Shown here one piece after another: positions 1 through 7,029 of a DNA stretch of 7,638 nucleotides. Each line of letters begins with the position of its first letter. The first letter of the stretch is position 1. A program made the translations under genes and the position numbers. The notes under the pieces are model-generated. The model saw only the letters and a program-made list of their open reading frames with translations, was not told the origin of the DNA and made no database searches. The stretch is from Octopus sinensis (lineage: Eukaryota): the NCBI RefSeq assembly GCF_006345805.1, contig NW_021828800.1, positions 1 through 7,638 on the forward strand, read 5' to 3'.

Positions 1-165
1 ACGCAGCACCACCACTCACCTGCATCACCATTATCCCCACCACCACCACCACTGCCACAACTTCCACCATTACAACCACAAACAACTTTATAACCACTAC
101 CACCAGCACCAGATGCATCATTGCAATTACAACCACCACCACCACCGCTGCTGCCGTCACTACAT
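1..165. repeat. Imperfect (ACC/CAC)n trinucleotide low-complexity tract
   Basis: Runs such as caccaccaccact and accaccaccaccacc, interspersed with point variants. Confidence 0.85.
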
Positions 166-328
166 TCTCCGATGCACTGTAATGGCATTCATATAGGATT
201 GCATTGGATACCGTGCCTTGCAAATTAGGCTGTGTGCGCAGAAAATGGCAAGCTGCGGCGGAAACGTGCAATTTGCTCCAGTGAAAAGCAGCTGCACACG
301 TCACGACGGCTTAGCAACGAACGGACAG

Positions 329-565
329 CGTGTGTGTATGTGTGTGTGTCCGTGTGTGTGTGTGTGTAAGCATGTATATTTGTGTGTGTTGTATGTGTGC
401 GTCTTTGTGTGCGCGTGTATATGTGTTTGTCTATATACGTTTGTGCTGAGCAATGCTGTACCTACCGGCTGACTTGCAGATGGATGCTCCTGTATGTACG
501 TGTGTGTGTGTGTGCGAGCTTGTAAGTGTGCACGCGCTTGCGGAGAGACAGAGAGAGTGTGTGTT
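329..565. repeat. Imperfect (TG)n microsatellite patches
   Basis: gtgtgtgtatgtgtgtgtgtcc... at 329-430 and gtgtgtgtgtgtgtgcg / gagagtgtgtgt at ~495-565. These generate the C/V-rich ORFs in the track. Confidence 0.85.
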
Positions 566-623
566 TGTTTAAGAAATGCCGTGTCTTATCAACTTACAGT
601 TCCCTATCTGTATATAAATGGGA

Positions 624-647
624 ATATATATATATATATATTATATA

Positions 648-711
<64 letters not shown>
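624..711. repeat. (TA)n microsatellite
   Basis: Near-perfect TA run with a few phase slips (tt, aa). Confidence 0.95.
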
Positions 712-979
712 GATGCTATCAGTGAGAGTATGTGCGAAGTTAAGGACTTCTTGTTGCTGTAACTATATTTAATTGAAGAGCTTTTGTACATACGTACCTA
801 CAAATATATATATATATATATGTGTGTGTGTGTATTTACATTCGCCTTCATTAATATGTAATGCAGATGTGAGAATAAATTTGTGTGTGTGTGGATATGT
901 ATGTATCCACTTGATTGACTACTCAATTTAATCCAAGTCTTCTCAATACACGCACACAAATGTACACTTAGAAACAGAA

Positions 980-1603
980 ATATATACGTATATGTGTATA
1001 TAAATGTGTGTGTATGTATATATATATATATACATGCATACATATGTATATATATATACATACCTATATATATATATACATACATATGTATATATATATA
1101 CATACATATGTATATATATACATACATATGTATATATATACATACATATGTATATATATACATACATATGTATATATATACATACATATGTATATATATA
1201 TATACATAAACATGAATATATATATATATACATAAACATGAATATATATATATACATACATACATACAATATGTATATATATATACATACATATGTATAT
1301 ATATATACATCACATGAATTATATATACATACATATGTATATATATATACATACATATGTATATATATATACATTGTATATATATATACATATGTGTATA
1401 TATTATATACATATGTGTATATACATACACATGAATATATATGTAGATATATATGAATATATATATGTATGTATATATATATACATGTATATATATGTAT
1501 ATATATATGTCTGTGTATATATATATAATATGTATATATATATACCTATATGTGTATACATATATATACCTATATATGTATATACATGTGTATATATGTA
1601 TGT

Positions 1604-1636
<33 letters not shown>
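980..1636. repeat. TA-rich compound minisatellite including 5 perfect 20-bp units (CATACATATGTATATATATA) at 1101-1200
   Basis: The 20-mer recurs exactly at 1101, 1121, 1141, 1161 and 1181, with degenerate relatives on both sides. The tract ends in pure (TA)n at ~1608-1636. Confidence 0.95.
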
Positions 1637-1639
<3 letters not shown>

Positions 1640-1896
1640 AATTTGTATGTGCGCAGAAACACATAGAGATCTCAGCTGTTTGTCAACACTGAAAATGCCG
1701 CGAGTCGATGGACGCAGCAGTGCGTTGACATATTAAATGAGACAAAACCTTAATCAGCGCTTCTGCCGCGGCACCGCTGCGGCACCACTGCTCCGCCTTA
1801 AAGACAACAACAGCATCCAGCGCCACTACCGCCACCTCCGACATCGCCTTGCTATCCTTATTATATTCCTTCTGCCTCTCCCTACTACTCCATTGT

Positions 1897-2255
1897 ATCC
1901 CCTTCGTCTTGTTCCTCATCCTCCTCCTCCTCATCATCATCATCAGGGTAAAGACATTTGCCCCTGCACCGCCGCCGCCGCCACCTGCTTCGTCGTCTAC
2001 CACCACCACCACTACCAACACTACTACAGCCACCAGTAATACTACCACCAATACTACCCTCACTACCACCACCACCACTATCAACACCATCACTACCAAC
2101 ACCAACACCACTAACAACACCAACACTACCAACACCACCACCACCACTACTAACACCACTACAGCCATCAGTAATACTACCACCAATGCTACCACCACCA
2201 CCACCACCACTACTACCACCACCACCACTACCACACCACCACCATACCCTCACTA
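1897..2255. repeat. Compound trinucleotide tract (CCT)n-(CAT)n-(CCG)n-(ACC/ACT/AAC)n
   Basis: Successive triplet runs give poly-T, poly-P/H and poly-V/G ORFs in several frames on both strands. Confidence 0.9.
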
Positions 2256-2361
2256 CCGTTGCAATGGCCAACATACCGAATTTAATTCAATTGACATATG
2301 CTGTTTAACCGCAGTTCAATCCTTCGATTATTCACTTTGTAAGAGACACAGGCACTGTCTA

Positions 2362-3375
2362 TCTAGGACTACTATGACTAATGTGTCCTTCCTTGTTCTT
2401 GCTGTTGCTATTATTTAACCCCAGGTCAGTCCTGATCCACCAAGCAAATGATCAAAGATGATCCAGTTCTGACCATCCCATCTTTTATTCAGGCATAGTG
2501 TATCTAGGACTACAATGTCTGATGTGCCCAGCTTTGTTGTTGTTGCTATTATTTAACCCCAGGTCAATCCTGATCCACCAAGCAAATGATCAAGGCTTTT
2601 CCAACCGTGACCATCACATCGTTTATTCAGACATAGTGTATCTAGGACTACATTATCTAATGTGTCCTTCCTTGTTGTTGCTTAGTCCTGATCCAGCAGG
2701 CCTATGATCAAAGCCGTTCCATCTGTGGCCATCCTGTCTTTTATCCTGGCATTGAGTATCTAGGACTACATCATCTAATATGTCCTTTGTTGTTAAGCCC
2801 CATGTTAGACTTTATCCAGCAAATCAGTGATCAAGGCTGTTCCAACCGTGACCATCACATCGTTTATTCAGACATAGTGTCTCTAGGACTACATCATCTA
2901 AAGTGTCCTTCCTCGTTGTTGTGAAGCTCCAGAACAGTCTTGATCCAGCAGGCCTATAATCAAAGTTGTTCCAGCTGTGACCATCCCGCCTTTTATTCTG
3001 ACAAAGTCTATCTTGGACTACAACACTTATGTGTCCATCATCGTTATGATTGCTGTTTAGCCCCAGGTTAACCTGGATCATATAGATCTACGACGTATGG
3101 TGTTCCAGTCGTGACCATCCAGTCTTATATTCACACACAATGTTTCTAGAACCATAATACTTGATATATCCATCCTTACTGGAGCTGTTGTTTAACCCTC
3201 GGCCATCCTGATCCATTGAACATAATCAAAGTCGTTCCATATATGACCACCCTGTCTTTTAGTCAGACAGTATAAGTAAGACTACATTAACTCATATGTC
3301 CTCCCTTGTTATGGTTGTTGTTACTTAACCCCGGGTCAGTCCTGATACAGGACTCCTGTAATCAGACCATCCGAT
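2362..3375. repeat. Diverged tandem array of 8 units, 118-141 bp each; monomer resembles a minus-strand retroposon 3' tail
   Basis: The anchor TCTAGGACTAC or a variant occurs at 2362, 2503, 2641, 2759, 2882, 3011, 3145 and 3275 (spacings 141, 138, 118, 123, 129, 134, 130). Each unit has a (TTG)n-like tract, then variants of TTTAACCCCAGGTCAGTCCTGATCC...TGATCAAAG...GACCATCC. The last unit is partly deleted. Confidence 0.92.
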
Positions 3376-3604
3376 GTTTTAATAAAAATTTTATCGTCTA
3401 ATTAACCCTTTCGTGATGCTTTTGTTCAATTCCATATCTACTCAAAATACTGAGACCAATGATAAACCGCGCTCTGTCCATGCCCATCTTGTCGGTTCCT
3501 GTATCAGTTTTCCTTCTAAGCCGCCATTTTGTATTATTTGTTGAGAATGAAATCATAATTTTCTTATCTTTATTTGATGCAGTTATTGGACTGCAACGAT
3601 CCAG

Positions 3605-3646
3605 GAGAGAGAGAGTGAGAGTGAGAGAGAGAGAGAGAGAGAGAGA
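3605..3646. repeat. (GA)n microsatellite
   Basis: gagagagagagtgagagtgagagaga... run. Confidence 0.95.
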
Positions 3647-3751
3647 AATGTATATGTCATCATCATCATTTAACATCATTTAACATGCATGTGTCTATTT
3701 TGGTAGAGATTTAACGGGGGTTACTCTTCTTAACACCAACCCCACTCCGCA

Positions 3752-3754
<3 letters not shown>

Positions 3755-3787
<33 letters not shown>
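3755..3787. repeat. (AT)n microsatellite
   Basis: Perfect AT run immediately left of the Penelope-like fragment. Confidence 0.95.
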
Positions 3788-3789
<2 letters not shown>

Positions 3790-3792
3790 TAT

Positions 3793-4004
3793 GATATATC
3801 AAAATGTGACCGCGTGTGTATCGTTGGCGATTTTTTTCCTCCGTCTTCCCTTCCTAGGATCTTTCCTTTTCCGATATTTCTGACGAAGAGCTCCGCTCGA
3901 AACGTTAAATCCCACTTTCTTTCCTTTCCTGAGCGTCCAATAACACTATACTTGTTCCACGTACTCGCGTTGTTTTCTCTTTGTGTTTTCATGTTTGGAT
4001 TAAC
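3793..4004 (+). mobile_element. Probable Penelope-like element terminal (pseudo-LTR) fragment
   Basis: Contains CTGACGAAGAGCTCCGCTCGAAACG, the CTGANGAAG...CGAAACG signature typical of Penelope-like element termini. It sits in pyrimidine-rich UTR-like sequence and is bounded by (TA)n on both sides. No RT or GIY-YIG coding sequence is present, so the class call rests on the motif. Confidence 0.65.
3874..3944 (+). ncRNA. Type I hammerhead ribozyme motif (Penelope-associated variant)
   Basis: Core CUGACGA (3880-3886), extra A (3887), stem II GAGC/GCUC (3888-3891/3895-3898, loop UCC) and GAAA (3899-3902). Stem III ACGUU (3902-3906) pairs with AGCGU (3932-3936), followed by C3937 (GUC site). Stem I UAUU(U)/(C)AAUA has a U-C mismatch next to the core. 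Confidence 0.65.
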
Positions 4005-4034
4005 TATATATATATATATATAGATAGATAGATA

Positions 4035-4442
4035 TGTTTCTTTATTAGCCACACAGGGCTGCACACAGACGGGACAGATTACAAAGTAGAGGTTTTCTTT
4101 TTGGGGAGAAAAAAAGAAAGAGGGGTAGGTTTTCGATCAAAAGGGATCGTAAAAAGGAAAGAAAAAAGGAAAAAAACGATCAATAGGGATCGTGTATCAC
4201 AGAAATGTCATGGTGTAAAGGGGGAAGCAGATAAGGTTTATCCGTGGAAAGAAAAGTAACCTCGGTAAATAATGACACATGTTAACACATTTGTTTGCAA
4301 GTGCGTAACCCTCTGTTTAAAATTTTTCCGGGTTCATAGGATTATGCTCAAGGTGGCTTCGTCATTCATACGTGCCATCCTTGCTACAATCACCCATCTT
4401 TTTCTGAAACATTCGCTAGACAAAATTTGCCTCTCTACTCTC
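4035..4442 (-). mobile_element. 5'-truncated L1/Tx1-type non-LTR retrotransposon: ORF2 C-terminus plus 3' UTR
   Basis: The minus strand gives 35 codons ending at TGA 4336-4334, then a ~300-nt U-rich UTR, AATAAA (4046-4041) and an immediate end. It is flanked by the direct repeat AGATAGATAGATA at 4022-4034 and 4443-4455. The clade call comes from recognising the F-x-x-RW C-terminal motif and is tentative. Confidence 0.65.
4334..4441 (-). pseudogene. LINE ORF2 C-terminal remnant (RVERQILSSECFRKRWVIVARMARMNDEATLSIIL*)
   Basis: This is the only non-repetitive part of track ORF 4334..4579; the upstream part of that ORF is translated GATA/GACA repeat. Confidence 0.6.
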
Positions 4443-4572
4443 AGATAGATAGATACATAGACAGGCAGACAGACAGACAGACACAGAGATAGATAGATAC
4501 ACACAGAGATAGATAGATAGACAGACAGACAGATACATAGACAGACAGACGATAGATAGATAGATAGATATA
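4443..4572. repeat. (GATA)n/(GACA)n compound tetranucleotide microsatellite
   Basis: agatagatagatacatagacaggcagacagacag... repeated blocks. Confidence 0.92.
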
Positions 4573-5167
4573 CATACATGCATATATACAGATATATGCA
4601 TATCTGTGTGACTGTGTTTCAATGTGTATGTACTCATAAAAATATAGACATGCATACACACACACAGACAGACATGTGTATTCAAGAAAATTAAATGCAA
4701 GGATATACAGAGATATGTTTATGTATGAGCGACAAAGACCCTCTCGTCTCTTTTGTCCTAGTCTAACCACCACAAACCGTTTGCGTATTCCTCTTTCACA
4801 TTTCCTTCCTAACATAATCGCTACCATAAAATACCAGTTATGCATGGGTGTCATTGTAGCTAACTACGAGCTAACATCTTCTAAAACTATTTGGCGTTAT
4901 TCCTGTATCAAATATCAATATATGATTAACCTTACAATGTAATTTCAAACATGGCGTGCCATAGAAGCATTAGCGATAGACAAACGATCTGTACATATAT
5001 ACATATATTAAAGATGGTTTCTCCGCTTTTGTTTGTCACCTCGTACAGCACGGGTCGTCTGCTCTTTCCATTTTATTCCTCCATTTTGCTTACGTAATAC
5101 AATGTTGTCTCTTTAATAAATTTTTCTTTCGTTTGTATATTTTTGTTTCCGTTTTAAGACCTTGGTA

Positions 5168-5210
5168 TATGCGTATGTGTGTACGTGCATATATATATAT
5201 AATATATATA

Positions 5211-5254
<44 letters not shown>

Positions 5255-5433
5255 ATATGTATGTATGTATATATATATATATATATGTATATATAGTACA
5301 TACACGTATATATGTATGTATGTATGTATGTGTATATATATATATATATACATGCATGCACGTATATATGTATGTATGTATATATATGTATATATATAAT
5401 ATATATATATATACATGCACGTATATATGTATG

Positions 5434-5473
<40 letters not shown>

Positions 5474-5484
5474 CATACACACAC
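5168..5484. repeat. (TA)n/(TATG)n compound microsatellite with three ~56-59 bp higher-order units
   Basis: CACGTATATATGTATGTATGTA starts at 5303, 5359 and 5418. Confidence 0.9.
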
Positions 5485-5485
5485 A

Positions 5486-5606
5486 TGGCCTGCTCGCTTA
5501 GCCAGCGGGGTGGCGTCATTTGAAGGCTAAAACAATGCGAAGCGCATTGTGACCAGCGATGTGTAACAACATCTGAGAGCCTGGTCGGTCACGGTGACGG
5601 TGACGG
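5486..5606 (+). mobile_element. Structured retroposon (SINE/LINE) 3'-tail fragment ending in a (GGTGAC)n-type repeat
   Basis: Three hairpins in series, then ggtcac-ggtgac-ggtgac-gg (5587-5606). Short tandem tails are typical of non-polyA retroposons. I recall similar sequence as a dispersed octopus repeat, but this is unverified. Confidence 0.5.
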
Positions 5607-5698
5607 ATATATATACACATATAGTGAGTGTGTGTGAGTGTTTGCATGTGCTTGTGTGCGAGTGTGTATGCCTATGTGAACATATGTATGTATATATG

Positions 5699-5861
5699 CG
5701 CAGGAGTGGCTGTGTGGTAAGTAGCTTGCTTGCCAACCACATGGTTCCGGGTTCAGTCCCACTGCGTTGCACTTTGGGAAAGTGTCTTCTGCTCTAGCCT
5801 CGTGCCGACCAAAGCCTTGTGAGTGGATTTGGCTGACGGAAACTGAAAGAAGCCCGTCGTA
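5699..5861 (+). mobile_element. tRNA-derived SINE, 5' part (head plus CORE-like domain), truncated or interrupted at 5861
   Basis: A box TGGCTGTGTGG (5707-5717), B box GGTTCAGTCCC (5750-5760), then CACTTTGGGAAAGTG resembling the CORE-SINE motif CCTTGGGCAAGT. It matches my recollection of an abundant octopus SINE. Confidence 0.85.
5707..5760 (+). promoter_or_regulatory. Internal RNA polymerase III promoter (A and B boxes) of the SINE
   Basis: Both boxes resemble tRNA consensus TRGCNNARYGG and GGTTCGANTCC, with tRNA-like spacing (32 nt between them). Confidence 0.7.
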
Positions 5862-6050
5862 TCTATTATATAAAATCCGTTCTGTCTGTCTGTGTGTGTG
5901 TGTGTCTTCTAGGATCTCGGGCATCCTCCATCCGATTGCGCTCAAATTTGATATATAGATACCGACGTTATCAGGGCGTGTATAAGTCTTGAAAAAATTA
6001 CAAAAATCGATTCCAGATGAGAATGCGATCGATAAAGCCGTTTTTGTCCT
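5862..6050 (+). mobile_element. Helitron-like non-autonomous element, 5' portion
   Basis: Starts with TC directly after an A (cgta|TCTATTATATAAAATCCG), followed by an internal (TCTG)n(TG)n microsatellite and CCGATTGCGCTCAAATTTG. This layout is typical of invertebrate non-autonomous Helitrons. No hairpin+CTRR 3' end was found, so the right boundary is approximate. Confidence 0.55.
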
Positions 6051-6359
6051 GCTTTTCTTCCGTCAACCTGTATATAACTTCATCTTCCATTTTTTGCTGT
6101 TGTTTTTGTACTGCTTAAAGGCACGTTTTTTTCTTGCCAAGCTTATTGTTTAAACCATGTTTGTGTTCTCCCAGTCAACAGACTTATCATTTCTGGTACT
6201 TTAAACTCTTCGGTTGCATATTTGTTTGAATAAAATCGTTTTTCTTTGGAATAGAAAAAAGTCTATCTTTATTTCTTCTTTTGCTGGTCTAACAAATTTT
6301 GGGTTAAATCAGTGTTTCTCAAAGGGGAGGCCTATGGGACTGTTTTGAGAAAATTTGGT

Positions 6360-6503
6360 TTAAATGTTTGACAACTCAGCACTTTTGTTGATAAATCTGG
6401 AGTGTCCATCCCCTAATGTAACAACCAGGTCAGCTTGGATGTCCTTGGGGGCTAAACCCTTTTCCTGAAAGTACATAACACCACGATGCCAAATTGTGTT
6501 CAT
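6360..6503 (-). pseudogene. Mariner transposase N-terminal HTH remnant
   Basis: Reads MNTIWHRGVMYFQEKGLAPKDIQADLVVTLGD. After a 1-bp frameshift at ~6405 it continues DTPDLST, matching the mariner pattern 'IH..M...G..A.S.STV..W'. The uncorrected frame stops at TAA 6362-6360. Confidence 0.7.
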
Positions 6504-6660
6504 TTTCTACAGATGTCGCTAGTTGTTACTTTTCAAGTCTTCTTTGAACAGTCGGACGTCAATTTAACTGGAAAGAAACAACACAGATAACAATACGAAA
6601 GGATTGAAATGAACGCATGCATGATTTCACAGCCCTAACATCACTCCTTCATAGTCAGCC
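6360..6660 (-). mobile_element. Decayed mariner (Tc1/mariner) element, 5' region
   Basis: A transposase N-terminus starts at ATG 6503, preceded by ~160 bp of leader. No terminal inverted repeat could be identified. Confidence 0.7.
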
Positions 6661-6670
6661 TATAATATTT

Positions 6671-7029
6671 TGTATGTATGTGTCTCTTCGATTTTTTTAA
6701 TTATTATAAATCTTCCACTGGGAAGGGAGCCAGTTTCCAACAAAGATACAAGGCTCCATGTTTGGGATGTAGTTAACAGACAGATTCACATTTGGAATTT
6801 GAGAAAAGTTTTGCATATTTTTACTGTTCCACTTACAGATTGCATTTGTAATTTACGAATCAGCCGGTCAATTTCTCTTTCTGAAAATCCCAGTTTATCC
6901 AGATTCTCCTTTAAGCATTTACTAATAAAATCTAGTTCTCCAATTATTGTTGGTATGAATATGAATTCAGAGTCTGGATACAGGAGCTGGAGGTTTCGAA
7001 GCAGTTGTCCATAGATATCCTCTTTTTAT
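6671..7029 (-). mobile_element. RLE-type (R4/Dong-like) non-LTR retrotransposon, copy A: 5'-truncated 3' end with (ACAT)n tail
   Basis: Open frame KEDIYGQLLRNLQLLYPDSEFIFIPTIIGELDFISKCLKENLDKLGFSEREIDRLIRKLQMQSVSGTVKICKTFLKFQM ending at TGA 6788-6786, then ~100 nt of UTR and ACATACATACA (6681-6671). About 90% identical to copy B by hand alignment. Confidence 0.85.

Noticed and set aside
798-1692. Long Y/I/H/M-rich ORFs, up to 288 aa, on both strands
   Set aside because: Translations of (TA)n-derived repeat, which lacks stops in several frames. The same applies to the ORFs at 494-762 and 5090-5530.
1926-1936. Minus-strand CTGATGA as a second hammerhead core
   Set aside because: It is part of a (CAT)n run, with no stem II or GAAA following.
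1849-2418. Apparent membrane-anchored mucin-like protein (hydrophobic N-terminus plus Thr-rich stalk)
   Set aside because: It starts at TTG and lies over triplet microsatellite that is open in five overlapping frames on both strands, with no splice or domain support.
2362-3375. Array as a CRISPR locus, or as a twister/pistol/hammerhead ribozyme array
   Set aside because: Whole units are homologous, with no unique spacers, and the context is eukaryotic. CTGATCC is not CUGANGA. TAAC...AAGC and GATC stems with TTAAATA only superficially recall twister and pistol; I could not build the required pseudoknots.
3398-3683. ORFs 3398-3679 (-) and 3459-3683 (+), and TTAACCCTTTCG at 3402 as a piggyBac-like end
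   Set aside because: No recognisable domain, and both ORFs partly run through (GA)n. The only candidate partner end (GGGTTAA at 6301) matches over just 7 bp.
4676-4942. Possible exon after the acceptor-like ctctcgtctcttttgtcctag (~4742-4764)
   Set aside because: One frame is open but has no recognisable homology or convincing donor; such signals are common by chance.
5699-5765. Functional tRNA gene
   Set aside because: A and B boxes are present, but I could not form a proper acceptor stem or cloverleaf, and the sequence continues into SINE body.
6519-6523. CTAG|T as the Helitron 3' end
   Set aside because: No preceding GC-rich hairpin, and the site falls inside the mariner leader.
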